Shown: positions 36,220 to 44,209 of the stretch, in pieces | Layout: the number at the start of each line of letters is the position of its first letter | How positions within the stretch are numbered: the stretch's first letter is position 1 | DNA from: a virus | Taxonomy: Duplodnaviria > Caudoviricetes | Strand: one strand, 5' to 3' | IMG/VR virus record: IMGVR_UViG_2595698431_000001 | Location: 5,392 to 69,391 of that record | DNA: 64,000 nucleotides | Made by a program: the position numbers and the translations under genes | Notes under the pieces: model-generated | Database searches by the model: none | What the model was told of the DNA's origin: nothing | Seen by the model: the letters and a program-made list of their open reading frames with translations, nothing else

Positions 36220-36630
36220 TTGCAATTTAATTAATTCTTAATAGGCGCACAAGTCCGAAAGCAGCCCTTACATTAAGAACCCATTGAGTCCTCGTTGATT
36301 TCATTGGATAATTTCTTGTTCCACAATCCAAAAGACTCAATGGATTTATTGAGTCTTTTCCGTAATTTATTGATTTTATTAGGTTTTCTCTTAAAAGACT
36401 CAATGACTAAAAATCTTTAATTTAGAAAGGGTGGAGTGAAGATGTTTCGAACTAGTAATTAATATATGAACATTGACCATATTATAATAAGAATGATACA
36501 TATTCACCTGATGAAAAATCGGATATATCGGGCGCAAAATTTTCATTGAGTCTTTGCCCCTGTGAAAGTCACAAAAGGCCGGAAAACATGGAAGAATCGA
36601 TAAAGTATTGGCAGTCCGTTGAGTCTTTTA
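36220..36630. other. AT-rich origin-like region with six TTGAGTC(TTT) repeats
   Basis: Visibly the most AT-rich, largely non-coding segment; repeats in both orientations. Confidence 0.5.
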
Positions 36631-37391
36631 CGTTTCGCGGCGACCACCTTATGTCCGCTCAAGACGTCGAATTCGGTTCTAGGATCATTTGCGAAAGGAA
36701 CGATGGTCGGACGTTTCATTTTTATTTTGGTGACCGTTCGTTTGTCGCTTCTAATATAGGTGATATGGACGTTCTCATTAATTACGATGTTAGACCGAAC
36801 ATAAGCGGTTATAATTTCGTCGATGGTCGTTATGTCCCTCATCCGAACGGTGATGTGAAAATCGAAGGGGATTATCCGAACTATCATATCGCCGGTCTTT
36901 TTATCCCCGTGCATATCGGCCCTCATCTTTATTTTTACCCGGAGCGGCAAGAGGACATTATCTATCTGGCAAAAAGCGGTCAGCTTCTTGCGCCGTCGAT
37001 CCATGTCAGGCGACAGTGTATCACATGCAGGCGCGATATCCCGAAATCGGTCGGACCGCGTGCGCAATACTGTTCGGTCGAATGCGGCCTTGTCACGCGC
37101 GACATGCTGCGACGGAAACAGGCGGCACGGGCTGAAGTGATGAAGTTCAAGCTTCCAGAGATCAAGCCGGTGCGCAGGTGCCTGAAGTGCGACGGACCCA
37201 TGCCGAAAGGATCGGCGGGGCGCGCTCGTTATTGCTCGGTCGAATGCGGTCTTGTCACAGCGGCCATGCAGCGGGAAACGAAACAACACCCTTGTGAACA
37301 TTGCGGGAAACCCTTTACACGTTTCGGGCGTCAACGGTTTTGCTCGGAAATTTGTAAGGTTGAGGAAAAGCTGAAATGTCTGAAATCATAA
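36588..37391 (+). CDS. Hypothetical protein with three CxxC...CSxxC zinc fingers
   Basis: RAQYCSVECG, RARYCSVECG, QRFCSEIC. Confidence 0.65.
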   Translation: MEESIKYWQSVESFTFRGDHLMSAQDVEFGSRIICERNDGRTFHFYFGDRSFVASNIGDMDVLINYDVRPNISGYNFVDGRYVPHPNGDVKIEGDYPNYHIAGLFIPVHIGPHLYFYPERQEDIIYLAKSGQLLAPSIHVRRQCITCRRDIPKSVGPRAQYCSVECGLVTRDMLRRKQAARAEVMKFKLPEIKPVRRCLKCDGPMPKGSAGRARYCSVECGLVTAAMQRETKQHPCEHCGKPFTRFGRQRFCSEICKVEEKLKCLKS

Positions 37392-37843
37392 TCTGCGACG
37401 AATGCGGAATTTTCGAAGTACCTGAGGATCTAGGATGTTGTCGCGTCTGCTTTTCAGTCTTTCGCGGCATTCCCCATGACGACATGACGGGACTTGAATT
37501 TGATTCCTTCCGTCACCGGATGTTGAAAAAAGAACGTGAGGAAAACGCAAGGGTCAGACGAAGCACCGAAAATGAACGTCGGGCCATGTCAACGCAGCGC
37601 GCCGCGATGGAGCGTGTCGAGCGTGACCGGCATATCGGAAACTTCGCCGGGACCATTCGTTTCTGCAAGGCTTGCTCACAGGCGATAGGTCGCTTCGACC
37701 CCTGTTGCGGTCAGTGCTTCAATCGAAACATGTTCTCATTGCGCAGAACCGGCTTGCCATATGTCCCGCCCGCTCCGACGCCGGGTGCACCGCTTCCAGA
37801 GATCAAAGGTGTCTTGACGACACCGCGCAACAATGCAAAATAA
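37376..37843 (+). CDS. Cys-rich hypothetical protein
   Basis: Two CxxC...CCxxC clusters. Confidence 0.6.
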   Translation: MSEIIICDECGIFEVPEDLGCCRVCFSVFRGIPHDDMTGLEFDSFRHRMLKKEREENARVRRSTENERRAMSTQRAAMERVERDRHIGNFAGTIRFCKACSQAIGRFDPCCGQCFNRNMFSLRRTGLPYVPPAPTPGAPLPEIKGVLTTPRNNAK

Positions 37844-37852
37844 TCTTGCAAA

Positions 37853-38503
37853 ATGTTTTACGTTGATGCGGAACAAAAGAACGAAAATTCACACAAACTG
37901 CGTGGCTGGTTCCCGACGAAGGAACTTGCTGAAATGCATGTCAAAAGCTGGAATGCAGACATTTCAAAGGGAATGTCGGTCATACCGGATAGCTTCATTG
38001 CGGGCGTTGTCGAACGTCACCCGCCCGAACACCTTCAGAAATCCGTTGCCAAGGCGCTGAACGACCATAACACCAATGTTGCGCGGATGGTGTCGAGCGA
38101 TGCGGAATGGTTGGCGGCACACCCCGGCAACATCATCAATAGCCCGCGCGTTCAGATCGAACCGAAGGAACCGGAAACTGTCGATCTGGAAACGAAAATC
38201 ATGCATTTCCTCGTCGAAGCGCTCGGCGGTCACTCGGTCACTATCGTAAGAAGTGCCATGACACCGGAAGAAACTCGCATGTTAGGGTTCCGTGTCGGTA
38301 GAGGATCATTCGCTATTCGCGATTTGCTCGACGTGGTCAACGGTCCCGACGACGGCAGGCCGTGCGCCATGGACAAGTTTGTCGCCGATCTGCACGAAGC
38401 TACCGATGACACGTTCGAACGTGATGAGGCAATTACCCATTGGCTTTATGGTAGTTGGGACGAAGCCATGGCGTACCTGAAGGATGAGGACACCGACGAA
38501 TGA
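37853..38503 (+). CDS. Hypothetical protein
   Basis: 216-aa ORF; ATGA overlap downstream. Confidence 0.65.
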   Translation: MFYVDAEQKNENSHKLRGWFPTKELAEMHVKSWNADISKGMSVIPDSFIAGVVERHPPEHLQKSVAKALNDHNTNVARMVSSDAEWLAAHPGNIINSPRVQIEPKEPETVDLETKIMHFLVEALGGHSVTIVRSAMTPEETRMLGFRVGRGSFAIRDLLDVVNGPDDGRPCAMDKFVADLHEATDDTFERDEAITHWLYGSWDEAMAYLKDEDTDE

Positions 38504-38745
38504 AATACAGATCACCATACATCACCACGGATGAGCCTGCCGTTGATGTTGCTATCGACGAACGCGGATATCTGAAGACCCTCGACATTCTTGAAATCTT
38601 CAAGGTCGATTCGTGCGACAGTGCCGGTCAAAATTTCATTCTCGGCACGGATGCTACGGCTGAACGCTACGGCCTTGTGTTCGTCACCGCCGACGAACTC
38701 CGAAGAATCGGACAGGAACTTATTGCGATGGTCGGTGCACAATGA
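38500..38745 (+). CDS. Small hypothetical protein
   Basis: GAGGA RBS; ATGA overlaps. Confidence 0.6.
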   Translation: MKYRSPYITTDEPAVDVAIDERGYLKTLDILEIFKVDSCDSAGQNFILGTDATAERYGLVFVTADELRRIGQELIAMVGAQ

Positions 38746-38945
38746 AGCTGACCGAACCGCAATATCTGGCGCTGAAGAAATACGAAGACGAACGGGCATA
38801 TAATGAAACGGCACTTGGCGTTCGTGCGAACGTCTATGACCGTCTCGTCAAAATGGGTTACCTGAAGCGCTCGTATTTCCTGAACAGCCGTATCACCACG
38901 GAAGGGTGCGCGGCACTGAAGGCTTTCGAGGATCGCAAGAAATGA
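38742..38945 (+). CDS. Small winged-helix-like protein
   Basis: KLTEPQ..AL...LVKMGYL...ITTEG. Confidence 0.6.
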   Translation: MKLTEPQYLALKKYEDERAYNETALGVRANVYDRLVKMGYLKRSYFLNSRITTEGCAALKAFEDRKK

Positions 38946-39304
38946 AAGTAGGTCAAATACTTCACTGCGTCTTTGTCGACAGTGACACCGGCAAGGTCGA
39001 GTTCGGCGAATACCACGTTCGAACAATCCGTAAGGGCAAAGTCTATGCCATATGGAAATGCGCTTCGTCATGGGGTAAGCGATCCTCAAAACACGGTGAT
39101 TTCGGCTGGCTTGATCCGGTCCCGGCATGGTGTCGCGAAAAGATCGACGGAAGCACCGCGTCATGGATATTCACAACGAAGCTTCAGGCAATTCGAAACG
39201 AGATAAAACGCTTCGATCCGACGGAATATTTGACGCCGGAAATCGCTGAAAAAGCCCTGAAAACCCTCAAAACTCTTGAAATGAAGAATAAGCGTGCAAA
39301 ATAA
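38942..39304 (+). CDS. Hypothetical protein
   Basis: ATGA overlap; GAGGA RBS. Confidence 0.65.
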   Translation: MKVGQILHCVFVDSDTGKVEFGEYHVRTIRKGKVYAIWKCASSWGKRSSKHGDFGWLDPVPAWCREKIDGSTASWIFTTKLQAIRNEIKRFDPTEYLTPEIAEKALKTLKTLEMKNKRAK

Positions 39305-39450
39305 TCTTGCAATGGCGACGACTTTCGAGCTACGTTCGCTTATCCGTTCCGTTGTGTCGTATCGGCGCAAATGGGAAAATCAAACACGGTCCGCAATGGT
39401 TGTCGGTGTTTTCGGTCGTCATCTGGAATTCAGCAACGGGGATATTATCG

Positions 39451-39654
39451 ATGTGCGTGAAAGTGCCGTATTCGTCTCGGTCTGAAGCGCAAGCCGCAAT
39501 GCACAACGCTCTGAAATCGATTACGAGAACGAAGGCGATAAAGAGCGGAAGGAAGCCAAGCGCCTACAAATGTCAATTCTGCGACGGCTGGCATTGGGGG
39601 AATCATCCGACGATGAAGACGTATTACGAACAAAGAAAGAGAACGAACCGATGA
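39451..39654 (+). CDS. Small zinc-finger protein
   Basis: C.K..Y...AYKCQFCDGWH. Confidence 0.65.
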   Translation: MCVKVPYSSRSEAQAAMHNALKSITRTKAIKSGRKPSAYKCQFCDGWHWGNHPTMKTYYEQRKRTNR

Positions 39655-39950
39655 CCGCCGATGAATATGAACGTCTCGCCAATGAGGGCGGTAAACACGC
39701 GGAACTGTTCCGGGGGATGGCGAAATGGTGCCGGGAACAGGAGATCGTTGCGGGATTTAGCGACGTTGAAAAGAACGTCATTCGTCAGCTTCGGGCGGGC
39801 GTCAAGCGTGAGAACATTGCGTTCACCGTCGGGCTTTCCGTGTCGAACCTGTCGCGCGTCATCCTGCATATCTGGCACGTCATCGACGAACCGCGCACGA
39901 ACGACGCGGGCCTTGTCTTTGCGCTCGGTCGGCGGGGGTTGCTGGTATGA
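39651..39950 (+). CDS. LuxR/NarL-type HTH protein
   Basis: FSDVEKNVIRQLRAG...ENIAFTVGLS...LV..L.R.GL. Confidence 0.6.
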   Translation: MTADEYERLANEGGKHAELFRGMAKWCREQEIVAGFSDVEKNVIRQLRAGVKRENIAFTVGLSVSNLSRVILHIWHVIDEPRTNDAGLVFALGRRGLLV

Positions 39951-40042
39951 TGCACCTTTGCTCGAATTTTGTTTTCGCCCTGTTGATCGTCCTTTTGATC
40001 GGAACGTTCGGCTTTCTCGTATGGCTTGTGACATGCTCCTGA
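39947..40042 (+). CDS. Tiny membrane peptide (31 aa; not in ORF track)
   Basis: MMHLCSNFVFALLIVLLIGTFGFLVWLVTCS; ATGA overlap. Confidence 0.45.
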   Translation: MMHLCSNFVFALLIVLLIGTFGFLVWLVTCS

Positions 40043-40332
40043 TAACAGCCGGTTTCGGACATGACGCAGCCGTAAAAGTTTGGCTTTCGTTTCGTGCGAC
40101 CGAATCCTTCAATGCTGAATCGTTCATTGAGGCCGCGCTTAACTATGGGTGCGAAGGCCGGTTCGCTGATAAGGCCGCTTCGGTCCTGACGTCGTCGGGT
40201 CGTTACGATTGCTGCTTGCAAAGAAATTGGGTTGACCGACGGTTACCTTCCTTGATGGAGGAAATGGACACGGCAGGTGTGCGCGTCTTTTTCGATCCTG
40301 AATATTCCCCGCCGAAAGGTTATAGACCATGA
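40033..40332 (+). CDS. Hypothetical protein (start uncertain)
   Basis: 3' part of ORF 39661-40332; ATGA overlap downstream. Confidence 0.5.
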   Translation: MLLITAGFGHDAAVKVWLSFRATESFNAESFIEAALNYGCEGRFADKAASVLTSSGRYDCCLQRNWVDRRLPSLMEEMDTAGVRVFFDPEYSPPKGYRP

Positions 40333-40667
40333 ACATCATTCATTCCCCCGGCTCCGTTCTTCTTCCCGGTCCTGAAGGCACTGTGTCGCTTCCGGTCGTT
40401 CGCGATCCCTCCGGTTATTATTCGTACTGGAAGCCGAACGAAAAAGAACTTGCCCTCCTGAACAGCGGGTGTTCGATTCAACTCGGCATTCACCACAACG
40501 TTCACCCTGTCGTCAGCATGGAAGTTGCTTTCGCACTCGGCGAGAACGTTAAGGGGCGTTACACCGACGAGACTATTACCCGCGTTGCGGTCGCCATACT
40601 TCAAGCGCTCGAAGAAGACGGCAAGGATATCAAGCGCGCCGTGTCAAAGGGGCTTGACGCGCTATGA
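40329..40667 (+). CDS. Conserved phage hypothetical protein
   Basis: LPV.....SYWKP..KELALLNSG..I.L.....HPVV. Confidence 0.65.
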   Translation: MNIIHSPGSVLLPGPEGTVSLPVVRDPSGYYSYWKPNEKELALLNSGCSIQLGIHHNVHPVVSMEVAFALGENVKGRYTDETITRVAVAILQALEEDGKDIKRAVSKGLDAL

Positions 40668-40873
40668 CCGTCAAGCTGACCCACGCACAGGTGAAATGCT
40701 TGCGCGCTATCGCAAATACGACGTGGGGAATTCGGCTGATATCGCTGAACGCTTCCGGGTTCTCGGTCACAACGGTGATGCGGCTTTCGATGCTCGGTTA
40801 CGTCAATGTCGAAAACGCCCTTGTGACATTGACGGACAAGGGGAAAGAGTTTATCCGTTTTTCTGTTAACTAA
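40664..40873 (+). CDS. Small winged-helix-like protein
   Basis: KLTHAQ..CL...LSMLGYV...LTDKGK. Confidence 0.6.
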   Translation: MTVKLTHAQVKCLRAIANTTWGIRLISLNASGFSVTTVMRLSMLGYVNVENALVTLTDKGKEFIRFSVN

Positions 40874-40883
40874 AAGGTGCACA

Positions 40884-41363
40884 ATGAAAAACCCAATGTT
40901 TGCTTTTGCGGCGTGCCTTCGTCACGCGTTCATGTCTGGTGCGGGCGTCAAGGATCATGAACCCGTCACGCATGAACAGATTATGGCGTGGACCGAATAC
41001 GACCCGCCGAACGTCGGTGCGTTCAAGACCATGGCGAATGTTCTCGCGGTGGCTGGTCGTGAAGACGCCAAAGTATTTGTTCCGGCACCTTCGACGACCG
41101 GCGTTTCAATCGTCGCGGCGGCTATCAGGGTCGGGAAGGTTATCCTGTCTGTTCAGCGCCCCGGTCGTCATAACGATATTATCAATGATGAATTTGTCCG
41201 AACGGCTTATAGTTATGACGAAGGTTTCCTGACGTCTGCCGGGTTCTTCGTCGACCGGGAAACCGCGCTTGAACTGGCTATCAAGTCCGGTCAGTTTAAG
41301 TTCGGACCTGACCATAGACCGACAGGGACAAAGCGCGAACTGTTTTCGGAGGATTTGTGGTGA
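40884..41363 (+). CDS. Conserved phage hypothetical protein
   Basis: IVAAAI...RH...GFLT..G.FVDR..A...LFSEDLW. Confidence 0.75.
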   Translation: MKNPMFAFAACLRHAFMSGAGVKDHEPVTHEQIMAWTEYDPPNVGAFKTMANVLAVAGREDAKVFVPAPSTTGVSIVAAAIRVGKVILSVQRPGRHNDIINDEFVRTAYSYDEGFLTSAGFFVDRETALELAIKSGQFKFGPDHRPTGTKRELFSEDLW

Positions 41364-41490
41364 TATTCATTTTCATCCTCTTCATAAGTGGCGCGGTCGG
41401 AACACTTGCGGGTGGTGCTGTTTACGGTTGCTTGACGTTTGGAATTCTCGGTTTTCTGGTACTTGCAACAAGCAAATGGATTGATTGGCA

Positions 41491-42054
41491 ATGACCGTTG
41501 TCGCATCGGGATATGATCTGAAGGAAAACGAGCTATACGAAACGGAAGCATGGGTCTCACACGCGGTGTTTCGTCATATCCCGGTCGCAGGGCTGCACGT
41601 TTGGGAACCGTCGGCGGGAAACCACAAGATCGCCGACGAGTGCCGGAAATTCGGCGGTATGGTGACCACGTCCGACATTGCCGAGTACAAGCGACAGCAT
41701 AGCTTCGTGGCGGATTTCTTCAGCATCGGGCCATCTGTCGAGCCGTGCGACATGATCTTCACCAATCCGCCTTACGGTGCCCAAAACCGCACGGCAGCGA
41801 AGTACGCGCGTCATGCGCTCAAGCTGTGCAGCGGATGGGTAATCCTCGTGTTGACGGCGAAATTCGATAGTGGCTCATCGCGTCACGATCTGTTTCGCGA
41901 TAACCACCGCTGGCACGCCAAAATCGTGCTTTACGACAGAATTTCATGGGAAGATAACGGCAAGTCGGGAACCGAAGACCATGCTGTTTACGTTTGGCGT
42001 CCGAAGAATGCACCGGTCGAAAAGCCTGTGTTGATCTACGAGGGCAAGCGTTAA
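41491..42054 (+). CDS. Putative DNA amino-methyltransferase
   Basis: WEPSAG (SAM-binding), TSDI, FTNPPY (motif IV). Confidence 0.75.
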   Translation: MTVVASGYDLKENELYETEAWVSHAVFRHIPVAGLHVWEPSAGNHKIADECRKFGGMVTTSDIAEYKRQHSFVADFFSIGPSVEPCDMIFTNPPYGAQNRTAAKYARHALKLCSGWVILVLTAKFDSGSSRHDLFRDNHRWHAKIVLYDRISWEDNGKSGTEDHAVYVWRPKNAPVEKPVLIYEGKR

Positions 42055-42126
42055 CCACGTTTCAGGCTTCTTGTAGCAATCCGACACATCGCATGTATTC
42101 TCGGCATTTTCCAAAGGGAGATCGTA

Positions 42127-42378
42127 ATGCGTGTGAAAGTTGGGAATGAATGGTTTTCTTGCAGTGGTGAAACTCCTATTCAGGTCGAACTGACCGAAAA
42201 GGACAAGCAAAATATCGCGAACATGGCACCGGGTGCCACGCTTTACGCGGTCTTTGCCGAACCGGCACGCACTGAATTCGAGCGCGGTCAGCAAATGGCT
42301 TGGATGCTCGAAGGATCGAACAAACAGGGCGCAATTATCAGCGTCGAAGAAGCGGAGAAAGCAACACATGTTGATTGA
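42127..42378 (+). CDS. Small hypothetical protein
   Basis: GGGAG RBS. Confidence 0.65.
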   Translation: MRVKVGNEWFSCSGETPIQVELTEKDKQNIANMAPGATLYAVFAEPARTEFERGQQMAWMLEGSNKQGAIISVEEAEKATHVD

Positions 42379-42763
42379 ACTGAAGGACGGCGACACGGTC
42401 ATAATCTATGGAAAAATGGATTGGGAGGCACAGGATTATTACGGAAAAATGAGCGAAGCTCTGACGCGCGGCCTGAAGGACGTCAAAATTTTCATGGCTT
42501 CCGCGCCGCAAGATTCTATCGTCGTTTATCGTGCATCAACACCCCCGGCACCTGTCGAAGAATCCGACGGATGGTTCACATGGGACAGCGCGCCGCGCGA
42601 CGGTCAGGAGATCGACGTTTGGATTGAACCGCGCGGTCGCGTTCCTGAAGTTTTCTTTTCCGATGATTGTTTCCAATTCTTCGATGACGGGGAAAAGTGT
42701 TCAATCAATCGTATCGGAACCCCGACACATTGGCGCTATCCACCGAAAGGACCAAAAGCATGA
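42368..42763 (+). CDS. DUF551-like protein
   Basis: W....SAPRDG..I.VW...PTHWR..P. Confidence 0.65.
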   Translation: MLIELKDGDTVIIYGKMDWEAQDYYGKMSEALTRGLKDVKIFMASAPQDSIVVYRASTPPAPVEESDGWFTWDSAPRDGQEIDVWIEPRGRVPEVFFSDDCFQFFDDGEKCSINRIGTPTHWRYPPKGPKA

Positions 42764-43335
42764 AAACGAAAGGACCGTATGGTTATCTTTGCGAAGTCGG
42801 AAACCCTCCGTTCAAATTCTTTGTCGAGAATGCGCAGGACGAAGAAGGAAAGCCGTTGTTGGCGGAAGCCGATCTTGGCAACGGCTTGAAGGTTTTCCCG
42901 ATCTGGCGCGAAGAACGACCGGAAGTCATGCCGCCGATAATCGGCTATGTGCGGCATGACTTCGACAAGGAAGAAATCCAGTTCCTTACCGTTCGCGATT
43001 TCGATTCGGCTGTTCGTGACCCGAATGACGAATGGGAACCTGTTACGGCTCGGTATGCTGTTCAATGGAACGCCTGCCATCAGCACGAAAAATCAGCCGA
43101 ATTTCATGAGAAAGCGCACGAAGCTTTCCAGACGTGGAAATATCTCCCGAAAGACGTTCCGAAGGATATCCGCGACGGCCTGAGGGCGATCTATGACGAC
43201 AAGGCGAAAGTAGCTTTTGAAGAATCGTATCGTCTCGGTTTTGGTAATCGACCTGTCGCCGACGACGAACTTGAAAGCATTCATCGGGCAATGGCAGATC
43301 GACACCGTCAGCTTTCAAGAATTTATTCATATTGA
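42760..43335 (+). CDS. Hypothetical protein
   Basis: AAGGA RBS; ATGA overlap. Confidence 0.65.
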   Translation: MKTKGPYGYLCEVGNPPFKFFVENAQDEEGKPLLAEADLGNGLKVFPIWREERPEVMPPIIGYVRHDFDKEEIQFLTVRDFDSAVRDPNDEWEPVTARYAVQWNACHQHEKSAEFHEKAHEAFQTWKYLPKDVPKDIRDGLRAIYDDKAKVAFEESYRLGFGNRPVADDELESIHRAMADRHRQLSRIYSY

Positions 43336-43337
43336 AG

Positions 43338-43359
43338 AAAGCCCTTCGGGGCTTTTTTT
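43338..43359 (+). terminator. Intrinsic terminator ending the early region
   Basis: AAAGCCC-TTCG-GGGCTTT followed by a T-run. Confidence 0.8.
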
Positions 43360-43388
43360 ATTCCGTCGATTCGTGTTAACTCGCGATC

Positions 43389-43916
43389 ATGATTGAGCCT
43401 GAAGAAATCGAAGTCGACAAACTTAGCGAACGCGCCGAACTTTTCTGCGCGGAATATTGCGTTGATTTCTGCAAGGTTAAGGCCGAGATTCGCGCCGGTT
43501 ACGCTCCGGGGTGTGGACCTTCCCTTAAAGACCCACGAATTTTAAAGAAAATTGAGGATAACAAGGCGCGACACGCCGCGCGACACAACATTTCAGTGGA
43601 TTGGGTTCTTGATTCGTATCGTCGCATCGCAAGTGCCTCCCCAATGGATTTTTTTGAAATAAAAGAGGGTCCAAATGGAACAAGTTACGTCTCAATTAAC
43701 TTTAAGAAAGCTACCCCTGACCAGTTCCTAAACATCAAAAAGATGAAAATGGGCAAATATGGTCTTGAAATCGAGGTATACGACCGACTTGCAGCTTTGG
43801 CTAAAATCGGTCAATATTTGGGTATGGCGGGTAATTCGAGCGACGAAATCCCCGACGGCGACGGAACGGCAGACACTTATCAAATTGTTTATCATCCACC
43901 GACGCCGCAAACTTGA
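43389..43916 (+). CDS. terS: Terminase small subunit
   Basis: FCAEY..D....A.IRAGY...ISVDWVL...IA...YDRLAALAKIGQYLGM. Confidence 0.85.
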   Translation: MIEPEEIEVDKLSERAELFCAEYCVDFCKVKAEIRAGYAPGCGPSLKDPRILKKIEDNKARHAARHNISVDWVLDSYRRIASASPMDFFEIKEGPNGTSYVSINFKKATPDQFLNIKKMKMGKYGLEIEVYDRLAALAKIGQYLGMAGNSSDEIPDGDGTADTYQIVYHPPTPQT

Positions 43917-43953
43917 TTTCGCTCACGGTTGCACGTTAAAGAGGGTTACCCCA

Positions 43954-44208
43954 ATGACTGACATAAGAGTGGTTGCCTTGACTGAAGCCGACGTTGAACG
44001 AATCGTTGAGAAGACCGTGAACGACACGCTTCTTAAGTTGGGAATGTCGGTCGGTGACCCGATTGAATTTCAAAAGGATATGCATTTCGTGCGCAACTGG
44101 CGCAAGTCATCTGAATCGGTGAAGCGACAAGGGTTCATGACCGCTATGGCTGTCGTGACGACCGGCGTTCTAGGGTTCATAGCATCAACATTCATCAAAG
44201 GTGACTGA
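43954..44208 (+). CDS. Putative holin-like membrane protein
   Basis: Single C-terminal TM helix; GAGG RBS; first gene after terS. Confidence 0.45.
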   Translation: MTDIRVVALTEADVERIVEKTVNDTLLKLGMSVGDPIEFQKDMHFVRNWRKSSESVKRQGFMTAMAVVTTGVLGFIASTFIKGD

Positions 44209-44209
44209 A

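Noticed and set aside
36227-36241. CtrA box as a stand-alone claim
   Set aside because: Fits the consensus, but such a match is likely by chance in very AT-rich DNA; mentioned only as context
37050-37260. Diversity-generating retroelement TR/VR pair
   Set aside because: Short in-frame zinc-finger duplication; no reverse transcriptase in the window
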